A stretch of 64,000 nt of DNA from an uncultured virus (IMG/VR IMGVR_UViG_3300016476_000523) (IMGVR_UViG_3300016476_000523:1-64000), one strand, 5' to 3'; shown: positions 29,816 through 38,940, counted from the stretch's first letter. Numbers and translations: made by a program. Notes: generated from the letters alone by a model not told the origin.

Positions 29816-31899
29816 TTACTCTTAAAAACTTGACCCTCAGAAACTTCCTTTCTGTTGGAAATGTTTGTCAGGCAGTTAATTTTGACAACAAAGAACTTAC
29901 TCTTATTCTAGGTGAAAACTTAGACTTAGGTGGTGATGGTGCTAGAAATGGTGTAGGTAAGACTACGCTGATTCAAGCATTGTCATATGCTCTATATGGA
30001 TCACCTATCAATAGTATCAGAAAAGATAACTTGATTAACCGCACTAACGCAAAGGGTATGTTAGTTACTCTTGATTTTACTGCTGATGGGGTAGAGTATA
30101 AAATTGAACGCGGTAGAAAACCCAATATTCTTAAATTCTATGTAAACTCTGATTTACAAGATGCTCAAAACGATGCTCAGGGTGAAAACAAAGAAACTCA
30201 AATTCAGATAGAAAAAGCTATACATATGTCTGCTGACATGTTCAAACATGTTGTTGCGTTAAACACATACACTGAACCATTTCTTTCTATGAAAGCAAAT
30301 GATCAGCGTAACATTATTGAACAATTGTTAGGTATCACCCTGCTTTCCGAAAAAGCAGAAAAGCTAAAGATTTTAGCAAAAGAAATCAAAGACCAAATCC
30401 AATTAGAAGACTTCAAAATAAAAGCAATTGAAGAAGCCAACAAAAGGGTAAGAGAACAAATTGAAAGTTTGATTCGCAGACAAAAGCTTTGGCAAGCTAA
30501 ACATAACGAAGACTTGAGTACTTTGGCTTCATCCTATGAAGACCTAAGCTTGATTGATATCGAAAAAGAACTTATGGCTCACAAAGAGTTAGCTGTTTAT
30601 AGCGAAAAGAAAAAGAAGCAAGAAGCTTATGTAAGCTTGTGTGCTCGCCAAACTCTTTGGAAAGAAAAGAATGAAAATGAAATTGCTGCGCTAGTAAAGT
30701 CTTATGATCTTTTAAGCCACATTGATATTGTAGAAGAACTACAACTTCACAAAGACTTATCCGAGTATCAAAAGAAAAAGATAGAGCTAGCAGCTATCAA
30801 GAAAACGGTTGCGTCTTTAGAACTTACATTACAAAAAGAAGAGAAAATCGTTGAAAAGCTGGTAAAAGAGATAGAAACTCTTGAAAATCACACTTGCTAT
30901 GCTTGTGGTCAAGAATTACATGATGAAAAGCATGATCAAGTACTTGGACAAAAACAACAATTGTTAGATAGTGCTCGTGCGGAGCTTACCCAAACCCAAA
31001 ATGAATTAGAAAAAAATAAAAATTCTATTTTTGAATTGGGTTTGGAACCACAGACTTATTACAAAACTGAAGCAGAAGCATTCAAGCATAACGCTGAACT
31101 AGAAAACATTTTAAGCTTGATCAAAGCTAAGCAGGAGGAAACTGATCCTTTTGCTGAGCAAATTAGTGAATTCGTAGTAGAAGAGTTGGGTCCTATGCCC
31201 AAGACTCATTACGATACTGAGCAAGAAGCTATTGAACATAAGTCTATGCTAGGCAACTTGTTGGATCAATTAGAAAAGAAATCTAATGAAGTTGATCCAT
31301 ACGAAGATCAAGTTGCAGATATGAAGAAAAACGCATTACAAGAAATCAAATTTGACACTATCAATGATCTAACCAAAAAACATGATCATTTGAAGTTTTT
31401 GATCGACTTGTTAACTAGCAAGGACTCATTTGTTCGTAAAAAGATTATTGATCAGAACTTGTCATATCTTAACAGCAGATTGACACATTATCTCGACAAG
31501 ATTGGATTACCACATCAAGTTGTGTTCAAAAATGACTTGAGTGTTGAGATTACTGAACTTGGTAGAGAACTTGACTTTGGAAATCTTAGTCGCGGTGAGA
31601 CTACCCGCGTTATATTAGCACTATCTTGGTCTTTCCGCGACGTTTGGGAAAACTTGTACTCACCTATTAACGTTATGTTTATTGATGAGTTGTTGGATAG
31701 CGGTATAGATTCTGTAGGAGTAGAGAACTCTCTAACTATCTTAAAAGATATGAACAGAACACGAAACAAGTCAATTTGGTTAATTAGTCATAAAGATGAA
31801 TTAGTGTCTAGAGTGCCTAATACACTTACTGTGGTAAAAGAAAACGGATTTACGTCTTTTTCTTCAAATACAGATACAGTATCTGCGGTGAATGACTAA
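29812..31899 (+). CDS. Recombination ATPase gp46 (Rad50/SbcC-like)
   Basis: Walker A GARNGVGKT, coiled coil, zinc hook CYAC, signature LSRGE, Walker B FIDE, H-loop ISH. Confidence 0.93.
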   Translation: MITLKNLTLRNFLSVGNVCQAVNFDNKELTLILGENLDLGGDGARNGVGKTTLIQALSYALYGSPINSIRKDNLINRTNAKGMLVTLDFTADGVEYKIERGRKPNILKFYVNSDLQDAQNDAQGENKETQIQIEKAIHMSADMFKHVVALNTYTEPFLSMKANDQRNIIEQLLGITLLSEKAEKLKILAKEIKDQIQLEDFKIKAIEEANKRVREQIESLIRRQKLWQAKHNEDLSTLASSYEDLSLIDIEKELMAHKELAVYSEKKKKQEAYVSLCARQTLWKEKNENEIAALVKSYDLLSHIDIVEELQLHKDLSEYQKKKIELAAIKKTVASLELTLQKEEKIVEKLVKEIETLENHTCYACGQELHDEKHDQVLGQKQQLLDSARAELTQTQNELEKNKNSIFELGLEPQTYYKTEAEAFKHNAELENILSLIKAKQEETDPFAEQISEFVVEELGPMPKTHYDTEQEAIEHKSMLGNLLDQLEKKSNEVDPYEDQVADMKKNALQEIKFDTINDLTKKHDHLKFLIDLLTSKDSFVRKKIIDQNLSYLNSRLTHYLDKIGLPHQVVFKNDLSVEITELGRELDFGNLSRGETTRVILALSWSFRDVWENLYSPINVMFIDELLDSGIDSVGVENSLTILKDMNRTRNKSIWLISHKDELVSRVPNTLTVVKENGFTSFSSNTDTVSAVND

Positions 31900-31961
31900 A
31901 TAAGTGTGAGTCGCGGTATTACAGTACCCACTCACTCTAACAGCTAGAAGGAGCTATCAGC
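31895..31961 (+). promoter_or_regulatory. Late promoter plus structured 5' leader of the homing endonuclease gene
   Basis: ACTAAATA (31895-902); GTGAGT/ACTCAC stem enclosing a GGTA/TACC hairpin; AGCT/AGCT stem around the AAGGAG SD. Confidence 0.6.
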
Positions 31962-32702
31962 ATGAATATTTATCACGAAACCGTACCCTACTTATATAAG
32001 TGGACTCAGTTATCAACAAAAAAATGGTACATAGGTTCTAAAATACGCCAAGGATGGAATCCCGGGCGACATGAAGAATATATATGTTCTAGCAAAATAG
32101 TTAAACCGATGATTATAGAAAACAGATCAGATTGGGTTTATGAAATATTATGTATAGGAGAAGCCGATTATATTAAAAATCTTGAAAAATCAATGTTGGT
32201 TTTTCTTAATGCTAAAGATGACCCTCACAGTTTTAATCAACATAACGGCGACGGAATCTATAATAGATTTGGAATAAAAGAAAGTAACGAAACTAGAGAA
32301 AAGAAACGATTAGCTCATCTAGGAGAAAAAGGATCAATGTACGGTAAGCGGGGACCATTATGTCCTCATTACGGAAAAAAATACTCTGAAGAAAGACGAA
32401 AAAATCAAAGTATTGGTACAAAAAAGTATGCCGAGAGGCGGCCTCAAACTCACAATGATAATATTAGTAAATCGTTGTTAAAAAATCCTAAATTGTCGGA
32501 AGCTAAAAAAGGAGAGAAAAATCCTATGTATGGTGTTCCTGCTTCTGATTATAATAAGTCGATGACTAAACTTAAAAATTCAGGTGATGGCAATCCTATG
32601 AGAAATCCTAAATACCAAATGATATGTCCTCATTGTAATCGTTCTTTTGCCAAAAGTAATTATAATCTTTGGCATGGCGACAAATGCAAAAAGAAAATTT
32701 AA
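31962..32702 (+). CDS. Free-standing GIY-YIG homing endonuclease with NUMOD3-like repeats and a C-terminal zinc finger
   Basis: YLY...WYIGS...YICSS catalytic region; ETREKKR and GEKNPMYG (NUMOD3-like) repeats; CPHC...WHGDKCK tail. Confidence 0.85.
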   Translation: MNIYHETVPYLYKWTQLSTKKWYIGSKIRQGWNPGRHEEYICSSKIVKPMIIENRSDWVYEILCIGEADYIKNLEKSMLVFLNAKDDPHSFNQHNGDGIYNRFGIKESNETREKKRLAHLGEKGSMYGKRGPLCPHYGKKYSEERRKNQSIGTKKYAERRPQTHNDNISKSLLKNPKLSEAKKGEKNPMYGVPASDYNKSMTKLKNSGDGNPMRNPKYQMICPHCNRSFAKSNYNLWHGDKCKKKI

Positions 32703-32731
32703 GAGCATTGTAAAACAAGATAAGTATAGAT

Positions 32732-33280
32732 ATGACTTCACCACAAAAAGCTAAAGGCTCTTCATTTGAACGAGAAGTAGCAAATCATTTGACAAAGCTA
32801 TACAGCGAACGCTTTATTCGTGCTCCTGGCTCTGGTGCATATGTTGGCGGGAAAAATCAATCTCGCAAACAAATGCTACACGAGGGCCAAGTGCGTAGCT
32901 TCAAGGGTGATATCGTACCAGGACAAAGCTTTACAAAGTTTAACGCAGAATGCAAGTCATACGCCGACTTCCCATTTCATCAAGTTCTAGCAGGTAGCTG
33001 CAAGCAACTTGACAGTTGGTTGAATCAACTAATGGATGTTGCTGATGAAGGTGACTTAAACATCTTGTTTGTTAAAATCAATCGTAAAGGTAGATTTGTC
33101 GGGGTTCAATCGAAGTACACATGGGTCACTGACCAATTTATGTACTATACATCACAAAATCACGGGGATTGGATTCTTGTGGATTTTGATCATTTTTTTA
33201 GTTACAACAAAGACCTTCTTAAAGCATATTCAGGCTCAAATTCAAATAACAGTAGTACAACAGACACCACGTCAGAGTAA
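32732..33280 (+). CDS. Holliday junction resolvase-like PD-(D/E)xK nuclease
   Basis: KAKGSSFEREVA...R.PGSGA...GDI...ECK motif arrangement of Hjc-type resolvases. Confidence 0.8.
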   Translation: MTSPQKAKGSSFEREVANHLTKLYSERFIRAPGSGAYVGGKNQSRKQMLHEGQVRSFKGDIVPGQSFTKFNAECKSYADFPFHQVLAGSCKQLDSWLNQLMDVADEGDLNILFVKINRKGRFVGVQSKYTWVTDQFMYYTSQNHGDWILVDFDHFFSYNKDLLKAYSGSNSNNSSTTDTTSE

Positions 33281-33289
33281 TTTTAGGCA

Positions 33290-33770
33290 CCACAATTCGT
33301 TTAGTCGGGGCACCTCGACTCTCCTTGAAACTGCTAGCTTAGTGCTATAGCCGTTAGATTCTGGAGTATGCGTAGATCAATGATCTACGGAACACCGACA
33401 GGGCTCTCGTTATGTGTGCGAACCCTGAATGAGTCTATATCTTATTCTGTCTTGCGGATATAGAACATGCGTTGCTGAAGAATCAATGAGCATTTGCTTA
33501 TACATTGATCAGCTTCAACTACAGTCCCGACTAGTTTTATCTAGACCTTACAGAGCAACCGGTGGCGTTAGGTAGCAAAAACCGCTAACTCTAACGGGGA
33601 ACAGACGGCAAAGGCGAGGGGCCGCAAGGAATCTTACCAGTGGTAGTGCTTTACAGCACTACCATGGCTTCAAGACTGCAATGATTAACTAAACCCCCGC
33701 AGATATAAATGAATCAATATGATACCGAACGAGTACCACGAGTGAAGGTATCAGTTGTCTGAAGGACAAC
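33290..33770 (+). ncRNA. Candidate large structured non-coding RNA (strand inferred)
   Basis: About 480 nt with no credible ORF in a gene-dense genome, visibly GC-richer than the flanks, at least 9 local hairpins and several long-range complementarities (see findings). Confidence 0.7.
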
Positions 33771-33947
33771 TTAGAAGTAGGGTAAATTTGACTTCTTTGT
33801 GATTTCTAAATGTTCTCCGATTAATCTGTTTATTTCCGTTCTTTCATCAATAGACATATTAAGAATATCTTCATAAGTAGCACCACCGCGCATATTCCAT
33901 GCCATGGCTAAGGCTGACTTCTTAATAGAAATAACATCCTTTTCCAT
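33771..33947 (-). CDS. gp51-like small baseplate/tail assembly protein; probably also the -1 frameshift extension of the upstream gp26-like gene
   Basis: MEKDVISIKKSALAMAWNMRGGATYEDILNMSIDERTEINRLIGEHLEITKKSNLPYF* (58 aa; not in the ORF track). Frame is open upstream to the slippery site at 34001-34007. Confidence 0.75.
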   Translation of the reverse strand: MEKDVISIKKSALAMAWNMRGGATYEDILNMSIDERTEINRLIGEHLEITKKSNLPYF

Positions 33948-33994
33948 GGCTTCTATCAGTTGCTTTATCTCTTCAGGACTAGACTGAAGAAGCC

Positions 33995-34819
33995 TTAACC
34001 GAAAAAATCAGAAACATTAAGCGTAAATGGTTGCTTGTATTCGTGACTGCAATTTGCACACTTAACATCTAATGGTTTTAGTTCTGTTTTTGCTTTTAGA
34101 TTGGTATGATATTCTTTAATAGTATCATATACACCTTTATCGCAATTCTGTAGATATTCAATAATATGATGAAAGTTGTTTACTCTAGACTCTGGAGTTT
34201 CAATATATCTAATTGTTGATGCAATCAACTTCGTTGTAATTTCTGTTATTCTAATCAATGTTGTTTTTGTTGCTTCTCTTTTTTCTTGTTCATCGGTAAT
34301 CTGTTCGATTTGTGTTAATGTTTTTTGTATTTCAAATTGCAACAAATTCACTTCATTCATTTGCTGATAAGTAAGAGGTCCAAATTTTATCTTTAAATCT
34401 CCGCTACTTAATGGCTCATCATAGTCAGGTGCAGTAAGGGTTGTCAAAATTGCAGTCAAGTCTAAATCATATACACTAGATTCTTTACAAGCTGGACATT
34501 CTGTTTTGATTTCTAAGTTTTGAGATCCTGATGCAGCTCTGATAGCTATCAATACAGCATCTAAATCAGAATTTGAAATTTGCCATGGATCAATTATATC
34601 AGGAACACAACTTCTTATTAACTCTACAACTGCACTGCCGTTGTACAAAGCGTCTGGTGTTTTTGTAGTAATTTCATCAATTGCTGTCATTGGATAAACT
34701 GGTAGTTCACCAGTTTCTGTTTTGTTGATTACGCCTTCAGCATAATCTTTACCGTTGCTAGGTAATCTTAAGTATACTGCTGGTCTTCTAAAATATTGTT
34801 TGAGTGGATTGTTGCTCAT
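33995..34819 (-). CDS. Baseplate hub assembly chaperone, gp26-like
   Basis: LPSNG..Y, PMTAIDE, DLDAVLIAIRAAS, CPAC and CANC zinc motifs; ends in DFFG. Confidence 0.8.
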   Translation of the reverse strand: MSNNPLKQYFRRPAVYLRLPSNGKDYAEGVINKTETGELPVYPMTAIDEITTKTPDALYNGSAVVELIRSCVPDIIDPWQISNSDLDAVLIAIRAASGSQNLEIKTECPACKESSVYDLDLTAILTTLTAPDYDEPLSSGDLKIKFGPLTYQQMNEVNLLQFEIQKTLTQIEQITDEQEKREATKTTLIRITEITTKLIASTIRYIETPESRVNNFHHIIEYLQNCDKGVYDTIKEYHTNLKAKTELKPLDVKCANCSHEYKQPFTLNVSDFFG

Positions 34820-34835
34820 ATGATCCTCGAGGTTA

Positions 34836-34857
34836 CATAAATACTATTATATTTAGT
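34836..34857. promoter_or_regulatory. Face-to-face late-promoter boxes for the tape measure (+) and gp26 (-) genes
   Basis: CATAAATA (+, 34836-43) and ACTAAATA (-, 34850-57). Confidence 0.55.
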
Positions 34858-34891
34858 AATAATAAAATTGTGGTTTTAAAAAGGAAATAGT

Positions 34892-37129
34892 ATGGCAATG
34901 ACAGATGATCAAATAAACGCACTGAACGAACAAATAGAAAAATTAACCAATAAGATGGATTCATTAGTCGGTGCGTTAAATTCTATTATAGGTACTACAA
35001 CCAATGCTGCTAAAGCTACTGCTAATGCATCCACTGCTGCGGGTGGGCTAGCTAACGCAGTTAATTCTTCTACTACCGCTATTCAGAATAAAACAAAGGC
35101 TGATAAAGAAGCAGCAGAAAGACAATACTCAAACGAACGAGCGTACCGTAGTGCAATTAGTGCTGTTACTGGATTCGCTGATGCGTTAATCTCCGGGGAA
35201 AGGGGTCTTAAAAAGTACGGAGACTCGTTATCAAACGCAAGTGATGCTCTTTCAGAATTATTGACTTCTAGATTTGGTTTAGGTGGGACAGTTGCTGCAG
35301 GTGCGTTATCTGGATTAACGGTATTGACCAAGGAATACTTAAATCAAGGTGATGCATTACTTAAAGCTAAAGTTGAATTATCATCATTTGCCGGATCAAT
35401 AACATTATCATCTTCCGAAATTCAAAAGATGGCTAATGATATGGGATTTACTGTTGGCCAATTCTCAGAAACATTGGGTAAATCGCTTAGAACAGCCCAG
35501 TCAGGATTAGTAGGATTAGGTGCATCAGCAGGTGAAGGTGCAAAACGTTTTGCTCAGATAGGTGATATATCCGATCTTGAAGGTGAACGAGAAAGATTTA
35601 TTAAAATGGGCGTAATGCCTGAAGAATTACTGGAGTCGCAAGCAGCTTACGTAAATCAACTAAGACTATCAGGTGCAATATTATTTTCTAACACTAAAAC
35701 TACAAAAGAACTTCAGTTAGAGTCTTTACGATATGCCGAAAATCTACGAGTATTGAGTGAATTTTCAGGTAAAGATATTGAAACTGTAAAAAAAGAACAA
35801 GATGCAGCATTACAAGACATGGCATATCAAACAAAAATTCTTGAAATGTTTAGAGAAGCCGAAAGATTGAATGAAGAAGGTATAAGAACAAACAATCAAG
35901 GACTAATAGATCAGGCTAACAGTATCAAAACTGAAGTAGAAATGATGGAAAATTCAGTTAGACTAGCTAGCTCAGTTAGTCAAGAAGCAGCGAGTATAGT
36001 AAAAGGTTTGCAAATAGGCCAGCTTAGTAAAGAAATGATGGCATTAGTGGGAGTATTGCCTGGGGGAACACAAGCTTTAAGAGACTATCAGAGAGACGTT
36101 GAAGAATTTGACACAGCAACCGCAACAAAAAATTTATTAGAACAACTAAGTTCTGCTACTGTTGAAACTGCTGAATATATAGGTTCCCGATATCTGGTAT
36201 TAATAGATGACGAAACGAAAAAACTCATAGGACTCACCGATGGATTATTACAACAACGGATAACAAGTTTAGCTACAGATATGCCAATGAGCGAGCGTTT
36301 AGATAAAATATACAATCAACTAGCAAACAAGACTGATATTTTTATGGAAAACCAAGCTACTCTAATATCAACAGAAATGGAGTTAGCAGCAGGATTTGAC
36401 AGTTTATTAGCGTCAACTAATCCTCTTATTTCAGGATTTAATACTACTACTCTGGCGGCAGCCGCGTTAGCCGCATCGTTAGGCATGGCTGCAGCCTCCA
36501 CAGGACGATCTGCTATAGGAAATGCAATCGATCAAGGAGGTAGCCTAGGTAAACTAGGAAAGTTGGCTAAAGGAATTGGATATGGTTCTATAGGTATTAA
36601 TTCGTTGTTAGATGTATATCAAGGATATTCTGAACATCAAGATATTGATGCTAGACTAGCATCGAATCAAATTACACAAGAACAAGCTAATGAAGAAAAA
36701 GTTGAAAGTAAAGCATCCACTGTAGGGGCAGGTATAGGCTCAATCGCATTAGGTGGACTAGGTATGGTACTAGGCGGCCCTGTTGGAGCAATGATAGGGT
36801 CTACTATTGGATCACAAGTAGGAGAAGCATTAGGACAGTTAGTAGGCGAACGAATAAACGCAAACGCTACGACGCCTACTGCTCTTTCAGCAGATACAGC
36901 TACTCCAACAGGAGAAGAACTAGCCCGCGCAGCATCTGAAAGAGCCAGAATGCAGGAAGAAGAACAAAGAGTAGCACGAGCAGCCGTTACACAAAATTCT
37001 TCTACAACCGCTGATCGTCAAGAAGAAGTTTCGCTTCTGTTTATGATGGATCAAAAACTTTCAGATATGATTAGAGAGTTAAGAGAAATTAATTCTGTTC
37101 AAGAAAAAATTTGGAAAAATATGGCGTAA
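34892..37129 (+). CDS. Tape measure-like protein
   Basis: 745 aa, Ala/Leu/Glu-rich and helical-looking, C-terminal glycine-zipper (GAGIGSIALGGLGMVLGGPVGAMIGSTIG); adjacent to the gp26/gp51 chaperones. Confidence 0.6.
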   Translation: MAMTDDQINALNEQIEKLTNKMDSLVGALNSIIGTTTNAAKATANASTAAGGLANAVNSSTTAIQNKTKADKEAAERQYSNERAYRSAISAVTGFADALISGERGLKKYGDSLSNASDALSELLTSRFGLGGTVAAGALSGLTVLTKEYLNQGDALLKAKVELSSFAGSITLSSSEIQKMANDMGFTVGQFSETLGKSLRTAQSGLVGLGASAGEGAKRFAQIGDISDLEGERERFIKMGVMPEELLESQAAYVNQLRLSGAILFSNTKTTKELQLESLRYAENLRVLSEFSGKDIETVKKEQDAALQDMAYQTKILEMFREAERLNEEGIRTNNQGLIDQANSIKTEVEMMENSVRLASSVSQEAASIVKGLQIGQLSKEMMALVGVLPGGTQALRDYQRDVEEFDTATATKNLLEQLSSATVETAEYIGSRYLVLIDDETKKLIGLTDGLLQQRITSLATDMPMSERLDKIYNQLANKTDIFMENQATLISTEMELAAGFDSLLASTNPLISGFNTTTLAAAALAASLGMAAASTGRSAIGNAIDQGGSLGKLGKLAKGIGYGSIGINSLLDVYQGYSEHQDIDARLASNQITQEQANEEKVESKASTVGAGIGSIALGGLGMVLGGPVGAMIGSTIGSQVGEALGQLVGERINANATTPTALSADTATPTGEELARAASERARMQEEEQRVARAAVTQNSSTTADRQEEVSLLFMMDQKLSDMIRELREINSVQEKIWKNMA

Positions 37130-37176
37130 TAACATTGATTTTTCATTATAATTTATATACCGATAAATAGATAACT

Positions 37177-38940
37177 ATGAGTCATAAAAAATATTTTAAA
37201 AATATAACAGGTGCAGTAAGTCCTATTTCAGGAGCTAACAGCAATCAAGGCGCTTGGAATAACAATCCTGGCACTGGCGGATGGAACAATCATGACATGG
37301 GATATAAAAATTATATGTCCAGATTGCCTGAAGTATATACAGGTCATCCCAATCGTTTAGAACGTTACAATCAGTACGAAATGATGGACGTTGACGCTGA
37401 AGTTAACGCATGTTTAGATATCATTTCAGAATTTTCGACTCAGCGAAATGAACATAATAAAACTCCATTTGATGTAGAATTTACAGAAGAACCAACACCA
37501 CATGAACTAGAAATGATTAAAACACAACTTCAGCAGTGGTGTAAGCTTAATCAATTTGATAATAGAATATTCAAAATCTTTAGAAATACACTAAAGTACG
37601 GTGATCAAGTGTTTGTCCGTGACCCAGAAAACTTCAAGCTTTATTGGGTTGATATGACCAAAGTAATCAAAGTTATTGTAAACGAAAGTGAAGGTAAAAA
37701 GCCTGAACAGTATGTAATCAAAGATATCAATATCAATTTACAAAACTTAACCGTAGCTCAGAAAACTAACACAGACTTTGCTGCTAATCCTGCTACTGGA
37801 TTAGGCGGTACTGGTGGTGGAGGACAAGGTGGCGGTTACACAGTACCAGCAATGCCTTATAACACTACTGGATCTCGTTTTACACTTGGTCAAAGTGAAA
37901 GCGCGATAGATGCTAAGCATGTTGTACATCTTAGCTTAACTGAAGGTTTAGACAGATTCTGGCCTTTTGGACAATCAGTTTTAGAAAACATATTCAAAGT
38001 ATACAAACAAAAAGAATTATTAGAAGACGCAGTATTGATCTATCGTGTTCAACGTGCTCCTGAGCGTAGAATGTTCAAGATTGACGTAGGTAATATGCCT
38101 AGTCATTTGGCTATGGCGTTTGTAGAACGTATTAAAAACGAAATACATCAGCGTAGAATTCCATCACCACATGGTGGTTCTACTGTAGTTGATGCTACAT
38201 ACAATCCACTTTCTATGAACGAAGATTACTTCTTCCCTGTAACTGCTGATGGCCGCGGCTCTTCAGTAGAAGTACTACCAGGTGGACAGAACTTAGGTGA
38301 AATCGATGACTTGCGTTACTTTAACAACAGACTAGCTCGTGGCTTGCGCGTGCCTAGTTCATACTTGCCTACAGGTCCAGATGACAACACTACTCCTTTA
38401 AGTGATGGTCGTGTTGGTACTGCAATGATTCAAGAATTTAGATTCAACCAATATTGTGAACGTTTACAAAGCTATATGTCAATGACCTTTGACGAAGAAT
38501 TCAAACTGTTCTTGCGCTGGAGAGGATTTAACATTGATTCTGGGTTGTTTACATTAAGATTTAATCCACCTCAGAACTTTGCTGCTTATCGTCAAAGTGA
38601 ATTAGACTCAGCCAGAGTAACTACTTTTACAACAATGGAAGCTATTCCTTATATTTCAAAGCGTTTTGCTCTTGAAAGATTCTTAGGCTTAAGTGAAGAA
38701 GAAATTGCTAAGAACGAAAAACTTTGGGAAGAAGAAAATCAAGAAGAAGTATACAATGAACCTGCAGGTAGTGATTTAAGAAGCGTGGGTGTTTCTGTAG
38801 GTGACTTCCAAGCTGACCAAACTACTGCTGATGAGGTAGCTGCTGGTGAAGAAGCAGGAGCAGAACCTGGTATGGAAGTAGCAGGTCCAGTAGGTGGCGG
38901 AGAAGCTGGTGGAATATTACCAACTCCTCCCCCGGCATAA
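37177..38940 (+). CDS. Portal vertex protein gp20
   Basis: LLEDAVLIYRVQRAPERRMFKIDVGNMP, EDYFFP...GRGSSVEVLPGGQNLGEIDDLRYF, LRVPSSYL: T4 gp20 signatures. Confidence 0.95.
   Translation: MSHKKYFKNITGAVSPISGANSNQGAWNNNPGTGGWNNHDMGYKNYMSRLPEVYTGHPNRLERYNQYEMMDVDAEVNACLDIISEFSTQRNEHNKTPFDVEFTEEPTPHELEMIKTQLQQWCKLNQFDNRIFKIFRNTLKYGDQVFVRDPENFKLYWVDMTKVIKVIVNESEGKKPEQYVIKDININLQNLTVAQKTNTDFAANPATGLGGTGGGGQGGGYTVPAMPYNTTGSRFTLGQSESAIDAKHVVHLSLTEGLDRFWPFGQSVLENIFKVYKQKELLEDAVLIYRVQRAPERRMFKIDVGNMPSHLAMAFVERIKNEIHQRRIPSPHGGSTVVDATYNPLSMNEDYFFPVTADGRGSSVEVLPGGQNLGEIDDLRYFNNRLARGLRVPSSYLPTGPDDNTTPLSDGRVGTAMIQEFRFNQYCERLQSYMSMTFDEEFKLFLRWRGFNIDSGLFTLRFNPPQNFAAYRQSELDSARVTTFTTMEAIPYISKRFALERFLGLSEEEIAKNEKLWEEENQEEVYNEPAGSDLRSVGVSVGDFQADQTTADEVAAGEEAGAEPGMEVAGPVGGGEAGGILPTPPPA

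Noticed and set aside
33069..33350. 93-aa ORF overlapping the resolvase and the structured region
   Set aside because: Out-of-frame overlap with a well-supported gene, TTG start, no recognisable motifs.
33290..33770. tmRNA, RNase P RNA, tRNA or group I intron identity for the structured region
   Set aside because: Only short chance-level matches (GATTCTGGA, GAGCAA). No T-arm/CCA end, no RNase P P4 consensus, and no interrupted host gene.
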